DNA of 64,000 nt from a phage. The notes under the pieces are model-generated. The model ran no database searches. It had not been told where the DNA came from and saw nothing but the letters and a program-made list of their open reading frames with translations. This document shows, piece by piece, positions 9,316 to 18,768 of the stretch (its first letter is position 1; each line of letters begins with the position of its first letter). The position numbers and the translations under genes are program-made. The stretch is from NCBI GenBank assembly GCA_019326865.1, contig GCA_019326865.1_4101.1; one strand, given 5' to 3'.

Positions 9316-9831
9316 ATGACACGCATTAACTTAGTACACGTTAAAGAACTTGCAGACCAACATCTGATGGCTGAATATCGTGAACTACCACGTGTATTTG
9401 GTGCTGTACAAAAACACGTTCAAGCACGTAAGCGTGTACGTGATTTCAAAATTAACAGTACTTATCTGTTAGGTTCAGGTCATGTGACATTCTTTTACGA
9501 CAAGTTGCTGTACTTACAGAAGCGTCATATCGATATTGTCAACGAATGTTTGCGTCGTGGTATGAAGATTCAAAATACTGAAGTAAACGACATTAGCAGC
9601 TTCCCTGCTGAGTTTTGTAATGACTATGTACCATCGGAGTCAGAGATTGAAATGTCTCGTAAGCGTTTGATTGAGAAGCTTCAGATGAAGCCTACGTGGT
9701 ATAAGTTTACTGATGTTGAATGTCCACAGTACGTTACAGATATGCTGAACGTAAGTAGTAAGTTCGAATATAGTACGGCTATGTTAGACGAAATTGAAGA
9801 ACAAATCAAAGATGAAATGAATAATTATTAA
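9316..9831 (+). CDS. denV: endonuclease V-type pyrimidine dimer DNA glycosylase/AP lyase
   Basis: N-terminal ~130 aa closely resemble T4 endonuclease V as I recall it ([50 protein letters not shown]), with a C-terminal extension. Confidence 0.85.
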   Translation: MTRINLVHVKELADQHLMAEYRELPRVFGAVQKHVQARKRVRDFKINSTYLLGSGHVTFFYDKLLYLQKRHIDIVNECLRRGMKIQNTEVNDISSFPAEFCNDYVPSESEIEMSRKRLIEKLQMKPTWYKFTDVECPQYVTDMLNVSSKFEYSTAMLDEIEEQIKDEMNNY

Positions 9832-9869
9832 AGGAAAGGATTGACTTCGGTCACATAAAGGAACATAAC

Positions 9870-10064
9870 ATGTTATTAGTATATTCAAAGCGTTTCTGGA
9901 TTTCTTTTATTGTACTATCGCTAATCGGCTTCGGTGTGAGTATACTCTTTTCGTGGGATGAATTGGGCACATGGTATTATGAAGTCCCGTGGTACATGAA
10001 GATAGCTCCTTGTTACGCGGCATTGTTCGTATCATTCCTTATTGTTGTCTTCAGCGAGGATTAG
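9870..10064 (+). CDS. small membrane protein
   Basis: Hydrophobic ORF. Confidence 0.45.
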   Translation: MLLVYSKRFWISFIVLSLIGFGVSILFSWDELGTWYYEVPWYMKIAPCYAALFVSFLIVVFSED

Positions 10065-10171
10065 TTGATGTAGTATGTTCTACATCAAAAGTATTTGGAT
10101 ATTTGAGATATAAACATTGACACATGTTCTATCTTTCTGTATTATGTACATCACCAAATGAGGAATACAAC

Positions 10172-10531
10172 ATGGCATCTTTAAGTGAAATCGCGGAATA
10201 CAATCCACTAACAATCTCAACAATTCAACGTACAAAAACTTTTTATTTCCGTCCTGTTGATGGATGGAAACGTGGAATGAATAGTGACTATCGAGTACTG
10301 GAAGATTCACTCATCGAGCGTATCAACTCTGAACTACAGAAGTATGAAGGTGTTAAAGTTGTACGTTCAACTTCTCGTTATTTTGAGTACTATATTGAGT
10401 CTTTAACAGTAAATGAAAACTCATCATCATCTGTGGATAACACTGATATTCTTCGTAATGCAGTTGGTCTGTTATGCAACATTGCAGAAGAAATGGGATT
10501 AACTATCACAACAATGAGTGAAATAGAATAA
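10172..10531 (+). CDS. hypothetical protein
   Basis: ORF; start at MASLSEI with SD gagga (track start 10124 lies in promoter region). Confidence 0.55.
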   Translation: MASLSEIAEYNPLTISTIQRTKTFYFRPVDGWKRGMNSDYRVLEDSLIERINSELQKYEGVKVVRSTSRYFEYYIESLTVNENSSSSVDNTDILRNAVGLLCNIAEEMGLTITTMSEIE

Positions 10532-10538
10532 CAAAAAA

Positions 10539-10564
10539 GGGTTGACTTTAGTCAGCCCTTTTTG
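10539..10564 (+). terminator. terminator hairpin gggttgac-ttta-gtcagccc + T-run
   Basis: Identical to 5859 element. Confidence 0.7.
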
Positions 10565-10571
10565 CTATAAT
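10542..10571 (+). promoter_or_regulatory. promoter embedded in terminator (TTGACT..TATAAT)
   Basis: Same architecture as 5862. Confidence 0.55.
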
Positions 10572-10599
10572 CATTTCATCAACTGATGAGGATAACGAA

Positions 10600-11373
10600 A
10601 TGAACCGTACAGAGAAAGCACTCCAAATTGAAAAGAACTTCAACTCCATGATGGCAGCACTGGAATGTCTTCTTGATACACAAACTAACTCGATCAACTC
10701 GCTGATCGTTTCTGGTAAAGGTGGTGTTGGTAAAACTTACAATGTTGACCAACGGTTACAGAAAGCTGATGACAACTTTGAAATCGACTACAAGAAAATC
10801 AGTGGTAAAGTAACTACTGTAGGTCTGTACGAAGCACTGTATCGTTCACGTCATGCTGCTTCAGTACTGTTACTTGACGACGTTGATATCTTCTCTGATG
10901 AAACGAATATTGATTTGCTTAAAGCTGTATTGGATACTTCTGAGAAGCGTGTAGTGTCTTATGCTACATCTGCGAAGTACCTGGAACAGCAGGGTATCCC
11001 TAAACAGTTTGAATTCCGTGGTAAAGTAATCTTTCTGACTAACAAAAATCTGTCACAGATTGCTAAAGGTAAAAGCAGTTTAGCACCACACATTGATGCA
11101 CTGATTACTCGTAGTATCTTTGTTGACCTGCAACTGTTCACCAACGAAGAAGTTATGATTCACATTGAGAATATCATGAACAAAACTAACATCCTTGAGA
11201 ACAATGGTGTTAACAAAAATGGTTGTAAAGCAATTTTGAACTGGATGTTGAGTAATGAAGATCGTCTGCGTTCACCTTCACTGCGTATGCCAGTACTGAT
11301 CGCTGGACTGTATAATAAATTCCCATATGATTGGGAGTCAATGGCAGAGAATATGTTCCTTGAGAAAAATTGA
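10600..11373 (+). CDS. P-loop NTPase, AAA-like (Walker A GKGGVGKT, Walker B LLLDDVD)
   Basis: Walker motifs with ~55 aa spacing seen in translation. Confidence 0.6.
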   Translation: MNRTEKALQIEKNFNSMMAALECLLDTQTNSINSLIVSGKGGVGKTYNVDQRLQKADDNFEIDYKKISGKVTTVGLYEALYRSRHAASVLLLDDVDIFSDETNIDLLKAVLDTSEKRVVSYATSAKYLEQQGIPKQFEFRGKVIFLTNKNLSQIAKGKSSLAPHIDALITRSIFVDLQLFTNEEVMIHIENIMNKTNILENNGVNKNGCKAILNWMLSNEDRLRSPSLRMPVLIAGLYNKFPYDWESMAENMFLEKN

Positions 11374-11429
11374 TCACGAGCATTAACCGAACTAACAATG
11401 TGTAGTATTTAATTTACTGGAGACACCCA

Positions 11430-11771
11430 ATGTGTGAGTTTTTTGAATCTAATATAATGCTTGGTATTACATTGATATACATGTATGTATTCTTGTTTTA
11501 TCATTCAATTGTAATTAGTCTTTGGTATTTTAAAAGGAAAATGGTTTTTAAATTATATTCATATGATAATGTATTCTTAGTTATATATAGTATCATACAA
11601 GGTGGGTTTGTTCTATTTGGTATTATGACGTATGTGATTTATAGATTACAAATTGATAACACACCATACATTACACAATATGTTGTGTTTTCAGGACTAA
11701 TCGTATGGTTATTGGTGTGTATAATTTATTTTATAATTAAAGCTCGTGATAAAATTAAAGGGGATTTCTAA
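11430..11771 (+). CDS. small multi-TM membrane protein, family A (C-terminal RDKIKGDF)
   Basis: Paralog array, hydrophobic. Confidence 0.65.
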   Translation: MCEFFESNIMLGITLIYMYVFLFYHSIVISLWYFKRKMVFKLYSYDNVFLVIYSIIQGGFVLFGIMTYVIYRLQIDNTPYITQYVVFSGLIVWLLVCIIYFIIKARDKIKGDF

Positions 11772-12109
11772 TGTTAGAATTTTTTAAATCAGATGTGATG
11801 CTTAGTATTACATTGATTTATATGTTTGGTTTTTTATTTTATCATCTACTAGTTGTAGTTCTATGGTATTTTAAAAAGAAAATAGTTTTCAAACTGTATC
11901 CACCTAGTAACATTTTATTGTTTCTTTACACACTTATTCAAGGTATGTTTGTTATTATTGGTGTTATCACACACTTAATCTATTGTTATAATCCACATTT
12001 AAAATCAATAACACAATATATTGTTTTCTTTGGGTTGTTCATTTGGTTAATTATATACTTAATTGAACTCATTATTCATAGTAGAGAAAAAATTCGTGGA
12101 GACTTCTAA
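11771..12109 (+). CDS. small multi-TM membrane protein, family A
   Basis: Close paralog of 11430 gene (C-terminal REKIRGDF). Confidence 0.65.
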   Translation: MLEFFKSDVMLSITLIYMFGFLFYHLLVVVLWYFKKKIVFKLYPPSNILLFLYTLIQGMFVIIGVITHLIYCYNPHLKSITQYIVFFGLFIWLIIYLIELIIHSREKIRGDF

Positions 12110-12456
12110 TGTTTGAAGCTTATCTTGATTTTTTAAGAAATAGTCCAGTTGCACATTCACTTGCAGGAATTATACTAACAACTTATATCACATTTTGGGG
12201 AGTTATGTTTCTAGGATGGTATTTTAAACGACAATTCTATAAACGTAATGGCGAACATTTTATGAATTCTGTCATTAATCAATCGTTGTTTGCATCAACA
12301 TTTATAGCATCTATTTTAGCCATACTCACAGGAAAGGTTCTGCCAGCGTATTCAGTAACTTACGGAACACTTTGGATGATATGTTTAACTTTTATATTGA
12401 CCATTAAAATTTGTTGTGTTATGATTGAACTTCGAAATAAGATACCGGAGGAATGA
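12109..12456 (+). CDS. small multi-TM membrane protein, family A
   Basis: Paralog (RNKIPEE tail). Confidence 0.6.
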   Translation: MFEAYLDFLRNSPVAHSLAGIILTTYITFWGVMFLGWYFKRQFYKRNGEHFMNSVINQSLFASTFIASILAILTGKVLPAYSVTYGTLWMICLTFILTIKICCVMIELRNKIPEE

Positions 12457-12791
12457 TGGAGTATTTTATTGATTTACTGCCGTGGTATATGAAAGTGAGT
12501 ATTTTATACTATATTATTAGTACTGGATTCTACTTCCTGATGTGGTTTTTTAAACGACCAATTTCAGTGTACATTGCTAATAACATGCTGCAATTAAAAT
12601 TACACGCATGGTTTTTTATGGCGATGTTTATGCCTATTATTCACTACTCAATGATTAGTATAGGTTTACGTTCTAATGGTGAACCAATTGTATTAGTATT
12701 CTATTGGGGTTCAACTATAGTATATTTCGGTTTGCTATTGTTCCCCATCATTCATAAATTACGTGCTAAAGTTCCTGATGCGAGGTATTAA
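12453..12791 (+). CDS. small multi-TM membrane protein, family A
   Basis: Paralog (RAKVPDARY tail). Confidence 0.6.
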   Translation: MMEYFIDLLPWYMKVSILYYIISTGFYFLMWFFKRPISVYIANNMLQLKLHAWFFMAMFMPIIHYSMISIGLRSNGEPIVLVFYWGSTIVYFGLLLFPIIHKLRAKVPDARY

Positions 12792-13105
12792 TGGATATCG
12801 TAACATTGATCTACACGTTGTATTCATTCTATTTCATTATGTGTTGGGTTGGATTTTTATTTGTACTCAAGATGTTTGATTATGTTGAAAAACAGATAAA
12901 AGATTTTTGTATTCCTTTTATCGGTTCAACCATTATTAGTGTTTCTTGTGTTTATTTTTTAGTGTTTGATCCACCAGATAACACTGCGATGATTGACTTC
13001 ATGTTACTACCAACCACTGTAATTTTTTTATGTAGTCTGATGCCACCTATTAGTCGTGGATTAACTGAATTTAGACGCAAACAAAAGCGTAAAAGAGGGA
13101 TGTAA
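12791..13105 (+). CDS. small multi-TM membrane protein, family A
   Basis: Paralog, basic tail. Confidence 0.6.
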   Translation: MDIVTLIYTLYSFYFIMCWVGFLFVLKMFDYVEKQIKDFCIPFIGSTIISVSCVYFLVFDPPDNTAMIDFMLLPTTVIFLCSLMPPISRGLTEFRRKQKRKRGM

Positions 13106-13473
13106 TGGAAATTGCTCTTATTATCTTAACTGCTATGCTGTTTATTAGTACATTGGTTATAATTGGCAAATTCTTTTGTGTATCATTTTTAGAAACGGTA
13201 TACGATGAAATTGCTGATGATTATGAATTACACGCCGGATTTTTCATTACGTATTGGCTTAGTTTATTTTGTCTAGTCATTGTTTGGATTTTACATATCT
13301 TTAAATGGGGTATGGTGGACGGTGATCCTATCATGGCAATTATTGTTCTAGTGTTTGGTATCCTAGGTGGTGCAGTACATAATATGATGGTTATTTGGCA
13401 AACTGTTCAATGTGTATTGGTTCCTTATTTCGAAAAAATGCACAGTACAATTAAAAAACGTAAACGAGGTTAG
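13105..13473 (+). CDS. small multi-TM membrane protein, family A
   Basis: Paralog, basic tail KKRKRG. Confidence 0.6.
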   Translation: MEIALIILTAMLFISTLVIIGKFFCVSFLETVYDEIADDYELHAGFFITYWLSLFCLVIVWILHIFKWGMVDGDPIMAIIVLVFGILGGAVHNMMVIWQTVQCVLVPYFEKMHSTIKKRKRG

Positions 13474-13474
13474 T

Positions 13475-13837
13475 ATGAACGGGATTGAATTATCTTTCAT
13501 TGGTCAAATACTAGTAATGGTGAATACTTTCTTTTTCTCACTTATTGCATTAATGTGCATTGGAAAGTATTTTCATAAACAACCATTCTCAAATTTATAT
13601 GATGTAATAAAAAAGAAATATAGTCCTGCACATAGTGTACTTATTTGCAGTTTCAATTTTGGTTTTGTTGTATTAATAATTGGATTGTTAACATCAACGT
13701 CAAATGTAATGATCTTCGGTCTTATGATCTGTTCATTGGTATTAGCAGTAATTGTATGTTGTTTAGTACTGCACCTTGTAGTACTATTATATATAAAGCT
13801 CGTTGAAATCCATCAACGTTTAGGTATGAGGAAATAA
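13475..13837 (+). CDS. small multi-TM membrane protein, family A
   Basis: Start at ATG after upstream stop. Confidence 0.55.
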   Translation: MNGIELSFIGQILVMVNTFFFSLIALMCIGKYFHKQPFSNLYDVIKKKYSPAHSVLICSFNFGFVVLIIGLLTSTSNVMIFGLMICSLVLAVIVCCLVLHLVVLLYIKLVEIHQRLGMRK

Positions 13838-13838
13838 T

Positions 13839-14210
13839 ATGAGTTACCGTGAGATATTTTCCATTATTTCAATTATTATGTTCAGTGCTGGGACATTGGT
13901 GTGGGTATTATATTTTTTCTGTGTATCACCAGTGTATAATATGTTATGTAATATTAAATCAAGTTCTGGATATATGACTTTTATGATCTTTATGGGATAT
14001 TATTGTCTAAGCATTTTAGGTGTTGTTTTGGTTGTTATATTTGATGTAGGGCCAAATAAGGATGGTCTGAAAATGTATGAGTTAATAACTATGTTTGGGT
14101 GTATGATACCAACTGCACTAATGTTTGTAGCTATTGGTGCTGGATGTATAAAGTTATACAATTATTTAAAATCCATTCATCATTCCATTCATAATAAACG
14201 TATGTCATAA
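13839..14210 (+). CDS. small multi-TM membrane protein, family A
   Basis: Paralog. Confidence 0.6.
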   Translation: MSYREIFSIISIIMFSAGTLVWVLYFFCVSPVYNMLCNIKSSSGYMTFMIFMGYYCLSILGVVLVVIFDVGPNKDGLKMYELITMFGCMIPTALMFVAIGAGCIKLYNYLKSIHHSIHNKRMS

Positions 14211-14217
14211 TAAAAAT

Positions 14218-14237
14218 CCAGTACTGAATAGTACTGG
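14218..14237 (+). terminator. hairpin ccagtac-tgaata-gtactgg
   Basis: Perfect 7-bp stem after membrane array. Confidence 0.45.
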
Positions 14238-14251
14238 ACTAATAAGGAGTT

Positions 14252-14902
14252 ATGATGAAATCAAAATTAGGTTTGTTTTATGGAAACTACTTCATTAAAC
14301 AGCGTAAATTCATAAAAAAATACTTCTCCACAGAGAAATCTAGTCCTATAATTTTTAAAAGACCAAAATATAATTTTTACTTAGCAGGTGCTAAACAGTC
14401 TAAGAAATTCATTACATTTTTAAATAAAAACAAAATTAAAGCTTCTTATGTTGAAACTAGAAAGAACTCATCGATAATTCCTGGTGATTTCATTGAATAC
14501 GGATGTTTCAATATTAAGTACAATGATAGCACATACTGTATGGATATTGATTGCAATACATCAAATCTTTTTAACATTGTAATAAATCCATCGAAACAAT
14601 ATAATGTTTATGGTGATTCAATTATCAAATTAATAAAAAACAAAGATTGGTTTGATTTTGAAATAAATGTTTTAGATGAAAATTATGATGAAGTTCCAGT
14701 TAACCCTGAAATATGTGATATATTAAACAGTTTAAAAGGTAGTAGCTACAATATACCATCTGATTTAATGTTTCAGTACTCTTTAATACATAAAGATATT
14801 GAACATTATATTGTGTGTGCTAAAATCTTGAATTATCTGTATGATGAATTTAAAATGAGTTCTAAAATAACAGCATATACTCTTTATAATATTTCTATAT
14901 AA
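14252..14902 (+). CDS. hypothetical protein (216 aa), very AT-rich
   Basis: ORF with SD aaggag. Confidence 0.55.
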   Translation: MMKSKLGLFYGNYFIKQRKFIKKYFSTEKSSPIIFKRPKYNFYLAGAKQSKKFITFLNKNKIKASYVETRKNSSIIPGDFIEYGCFNIKYNDSTYCMDIDCNTSNLFNIVINPSKQYNVYGDSIIKLIKNKDWFDFEINVLDENYDEVPVNPEICDILNSLKGSSYNIPSDLMFQYSLIHKDIEHYIVCAKILNYLYDEFKMSSKITAYTLYNISI

Positions 14903-14913
14903 TTTAAAATATT

Positions 14914-14939
14914 AAAGCCAGTACGAGAGCACTGGCTTT
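14914..14939. terminator. bidirectional hairpin aaagccagt..actggcttt between convergent genes
   Basis: Inverted repeat with flanking A/T runs on both strands. Confidence 0.55.
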
Positions 14940-14943
14940 AATA

Positions 14944-16089
14944 TTATTTTTTCCAAGGAAGTAACGAAGTTGGAATCTTGATAGGTATATTTGATGCAAC
15001 AACATCAGGAAAATTTGCATCTCCACAAACATACAAATTATCGATTTCGTCTATCAATAATGTATAGTTGTAACTTCTACAAAAACCACTTAAGACTCTT
15101 CCCTCTAATGCAGATAAATTCATTTCAGTGAATTGAGTGATATATGTTTCATTTGAACCAACACCACATTGACCATTAGCATTTATACCACAAGTAAGCA
15201 ATTTATTATTGTTTTGAATTACACATGATGGTCCAGCAAGGTTCGTACCTAGTTCACCTACAACATTAACTTCACCTTTTAATGATAAATTTGGGATCAC
15301 TGTACTCATTGGGACTCGAGATGTATTTCCGACACCTGCTTGCCCTGAGCCATTAGTGGATGCTACTTTAACAGTACCGTCATTAAGAAAAATATAAGAT
15401 GTTTCGATTGTATTAACTGCTTGAGTAGCTGATGTTATTGACGTATCCTGTTTGAATTTAAGTACATTTGTCGTTGTTGAACCAGAGATAAATGTAGCAC
15501 CTGCGTACCAATATGTTCCATCCTGGAGTACTAAACCAGTACTTCTAATTGAACACCCAGCACTTCGAACATTTTCTATATGACTATATGTAAAGGTTGA
15601 TACGATTGAAGATTCACCATTACCGAACACCCCACCAGTACCTGCACCACAGAAAAACCATTTACCGTTTTTCAAAAATACACGCATACAAGCAGAAATA
15701 ACCACACTATCAATATCACTTGCAGTTACACCAAAATCGGTAAATAAATGAGTTATATCAATCCAATTACCACCAGTATTTGATGGGAGATGTGGAATTA
15801 CAACTCTAGTCCCTGTGTACCAGATTGTATCATCATCTTTAATAACAAGCGTACCTTGAACACCACCCCAATACCTGGTTACATTAGTATTAACAAGTGT
15901 CCACTCATTAGATGATTCCGTTGAGCCATTACCACCTTGACCATATGATGATGAACCGCACCAGTATAAATTGCCATTTTTATTTAAATAAAATTTTGCA
16001 TCAGCCGAGCATTGTAATCTGTATTTGAATACGGTTTTTGGTGCTGGTGCAATATTTGCATACTTAATCATTCTTCCAAAAGGTAACAT
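14944..16089 (-). CDS. RCC1-repeat-like (beta-propeller) protein, paralog 1; N-terminus MLPFGRMIKYAN
   Basis: Repeated G-x-N-x-x-GQ-x-G-like motifs (e.g. LYWCGSSSYGQGGNG); conserved 5' cassette. Confidence 0.7.
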   Translation of the reverse strand: MLPFGRMIKYANIAPAPKTVFKYRLQCSADAKFYLNKNGNLYWCGSSSYGQGGNGSTESSNEWTLVNTNVTRYWGGVQGTLVIKDDDTIWYTGTRVVIPHLPSNTGGNWIDITHLFTDFGVTASDIDSVVISACMRVFLKNGKWFFCGAGTGGVFGNGESSIVSTFTYSHIENVRSAGCSIRSTGLVLQDGTYWYAGATFISGSTTTNVLKFKQDTSITSATQAVNTIETSYIFLNDGTVKVASTNGSGQAGVGNTSRVPMSTVIPNLSLKGEVNVVGELGTNLAGPSCVIQNNNKLLTCGINANGQCGVGSNETYITQFTEMNLSALEGRVLSGFCRSYNYTLLIDEIDNLYVCGDANFPDVVASNIPIKIPTSLLPWKK

Positions 16090-16138
16090 AATTTCTCTCC
16101 TTCATTCATTATACTGTATTTAACCCAATTAAGAAAAG

Positions 16139-16155
16139 CCAGTATCAAGTACTGG
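16139..16155 (-). terminator. hairpin ccagtatcaagtactgg
   Basis: Perfect inverted repeat after stop of 16163..17512; recurs at 17561 and 19997. Confidence 0.55.
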
Positions 16156-16162
16156 TATTTTA

Positions 16163-17512
16163 TTATTGTAATGGAATTTCAGTGAGTGTTTTATATGTAC
16201 TTCCGTTATACACCCCTCTCCAATATACTTTACCATCAGTACTAACCACTAATAATCCATATGTTGTAAACCCAAGAGTACCACCAACATACATAGCATC
16301 TTTGATTCTAATACCAATGTCTTCATATGTAAATGACGCGACTGCACCCGCTTGCCATGAAGGACTAGCGTAGTAATCACTATAAACACCATGTGCTTTA
16401 TATATTGATGTTGTTCCTGGTTCAAAAATTACAGTTCCACAGTAGTTCATTCGTATTTTAGTACTGGATGAAGTTGGTACATTTATACCTACGTCATCTT
16501 TTATCCCTGTGGTTAGGACGTTAAAACCACCCGCCACACGGTTGACGTCATTCGCACCGATTAAATACATACCAACGTTGTAGCCCATATAAAACACACT
16601 AGAGCTTCCATTCCAGAAAGAAAAACCACCACCATTCCCACAGCGATATAGTTGTGAATTTGAGCAGTACATCATACCTTCGTTTGTCGCATCAAATTCA
16701 TCTGCTTTTCCTATTGTAGCTACTGTAGTCCAAGTTTTAATTACTTGGTTTGTACTAGCTGGTGTTTGTATACCATATCGTATATTATACCCTTTACCGA
16801 CTATTGTACCATCTTCTAATTTGGCATAAAGTACAGGTCTATTACCAACAAAATACATATTATTGTGTGACATGTCTATTGTGCATCTTAATGAAACTAC
16901 TTTTTGTTTCAATTGATTATCTTTAGTAAAAGAAGTAAAGTAGTAATCTGATGTTGAGTTGTTTATTAAACCTTGTATTGACAACCCCATATACCAGATT
17001 TCTCCATTACTGTTCAATGCTGCCAAAATACAACTATATTTTGAAGTATATGCTGGGGTTACTGATGTTGCTGGTCCTTTATCATATCCACCACAGAATA
17101 CCATCTCCACAACTTCACCCACGTTAGCAAAATAAGAAGATACATTGATAAAACCATTTGTTATAAAAGGTGCTGTATTTATACTTGAATGTGTGAATAT
17201 CCCATTTGCATATACACCACAAAAATGATATGAACCATCATTATCTTGGACTATTATTCCATTTGATAGTAACCAAAAATTGTTTACATTTTTTCTTACT
17301 AATTCGATTCCTGCCCCATTAGTTGGCGTTATACCAAAAGAAACATATTTTGTTTGACCAATTCCATATAAATTTCCATTTGATGCTAATATTGCACCAA
17401 ACCAATTACCACCACCATTCTTGTTATGACCCATACCTATAGAATCAAATTTCTTAACAGTAGGAGCTTGTACTTTGTTCCCATAATTCACCATTCTTCC
17501 AAAAGGTAACAT
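16163..17512 (-). CDS. RCC1-repeat-like protein, paralog 2; N-terminus MLPFGRMVNYGN
   Basis: Conserved N-terminus and upstream motif; G/S/T/N-rich repeats. Confidence 0.65.
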   Translation of the reverse strand: MLPFGRMVNYGNKVQAPTVKKFDSIGMGHNKNGGGNWFGAILASNGNLYGIGQTKYVSFGITPTNGAGIELVRKNVNNFWLLSNGIIVQDNDGSYHFCGVYANGIFTHSSINTAPFITNGFINVSSYFANVGEVVEMVFCGGYDKGPATSVTPAYTSKYSCILAALNSNGEIWYMGLSIQGLINNSTSDYYFTSFTKDNQLKQKVVSLRCTIDMSHNNMYFVGNRPVLYAKLEDGTIVGKGYNIRYGIQTPASTNQVIKTWTTVATIGKADEFDATNEGMMYCSNSQLYRCGNGGGFSFWNGSSSVFYMGYNVGMYLIGANDVNRVAGGFNVLTTGIKDDVGINVPTSSSTKIRMNYCGTVIFEPGTTSIYKAHGVYSDYYASPSWQAGAVASFTYEDIGIRIKDAMYVGGTLGFTTYGLLVVSTDGKVYWRGVYNGSTYKTLTEIPLQ

Positions 17513-17560
17513 ATTTCCCTCCTTTATTCATTATACTATATTTAATACTAAAAGAAAAAG

Positions 17561-17577
17561 CCAGTATCAAGTACTGG
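17561..17577 (-). terminator. hairpin ccagtatcaagtactgg
   Basis: Same hairpin, after stop of 17585..18694. Confidence 0.55.
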
Positions 17578-17584
17578 CATTATG

Positions 17585-18694
17585 TCATTTTGGTAAATTA
17601 ATTTTAGTAAAGGCTGCAACATCCTCGATTGCACCAGGAATTGCGTAATACGATCCAGTACTATATACATCTCCGTCTTTGGTTAATATTGATGTTAAAC
17701 CATCACTAAAAAGAACATCCCTAATCTCACTAACTTCAACGGGTAATTGTAAATTAGTAGCACTATATATTGCACCAGTTTGAGAATTGTTTAATCCCAA
17801 ACCACGGTTCGCCCCAACACCCTTCTGATATGTACTAGTAATTACCATTTGTGTAGCAGTATTTAAGGCAGGTGAATTCGTCATAAACAACGGTGAACTA
17901 TTAGGCAAAGTACTTGCAGGAACTGCACGAAATGTAGTTGTATCTGAACTAAGAAAGTTTGGCGTTTGACCACATACGAAATATGATGTACCATTATAGT
18001 AATTAAATGCATTACCACCAATGACTGCATCGATTACACCAGAGCTACGTAATCCCCACGTGTTAATTTGTGTTCGGTTCCCCGTGCCATGCTGACCCCT
18101 GTCATTCCACCCAGAACTATATAACTTATTATCTAATGTAATATACATACTGTCATTTGCATTCGTCATTACTTTACGCACATTAGTAGCACATTGAGTT
18201 AATGTGTAAATTGATGATGAACCAATACCTAAAGCACCACGATATCCATTAGCTCCTGCACCATAGAGTACTGAACTAGTGCTAAGTACAAATATTAAAC
18301 CATACGAACATACAATATTAGCAATTTCACTCACTGGTATAGCACTGGTAAACCAATTAGTTCTTTCAACTAATACTGTGCTGTAAGAAGTAGTTGTAGA
18401 CGATGTGAACCAATATGTTTCCCCTGATGTCCATATAGTATTATCATTTTTAATAATAACAAGTGCACGATCACCTACGAAAAAATTAGAAACATCTGCA
18501 CTTACTAATATCCATGAAGATACCGTGTTTTTATTACCATTTCCAGATTCACCACCTTGATTTCTACCTATGTAATATAAATCATGTGAATCAGTTAATA
18601 AGAATTGACCCTGTGTAGATGCACCAACTTTAATTATATTTTTAGGACCAGGTACAATATTCCCATAATCAAACATTCTTACAAAAGGTAACAT
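17585..18694 (-). CDS. RCC1-repeat-like protein, paralog 3; N-terminus MLPFVRMFDYGN
   Basis: Start placed at conserved MLPF methionine with SD ggag (track start is 15 nt upstream); motifs LYYIGRNQGGESGNG, LYSSGWNDRGQHGTGN. Confidence 0.65.
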   Translation of the reverse strand: MLPFVRMFDYGNIVPGPKNIIKVGASTQGQFLLTDSHDLYYIGRNQGGESGNGNKNTVSSWILVSADVSNFFVGDRALVIIKNDNTIWTSGETYWFTSSTTTSYSTVLVERTNWFTSAIPVSEIANIVCSYGLIFVLSTSSVLYGAGANGYRGALGIGSSSIYTLTQCATNVRKVMTNANDSMYITLDNKLYSSGWNDRGQHGTGNRTQINTWGLRSSGVIDAVIGGNAFNYYNGTSYFVCGQTPNFLSSDTTTFRAVPASTLPNSSPLFMTNSPALNTATQMVITSTYQKGVGANRGLGLNNSQTGAIYSATNLQLPVEVSEIRDVLFSDGLTSILTKDGDVYSTGSYYAIPGAIEDVAAFTKINLPK

Positions 18695-18768
18695 AACTAA
18701 AATCTCCATATAATAATTATAATGTATTTACAAAAAAATACCAGTACGTATTTCAGTACTGGTATCAT

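Noticed and set aside
8976-9326. Minus-strand ORF 8976..9326 (and 8848..9033 +)
   Set aside because: Overlap the methyltransferase gene and the terminator/promoter element; no supporting signals.
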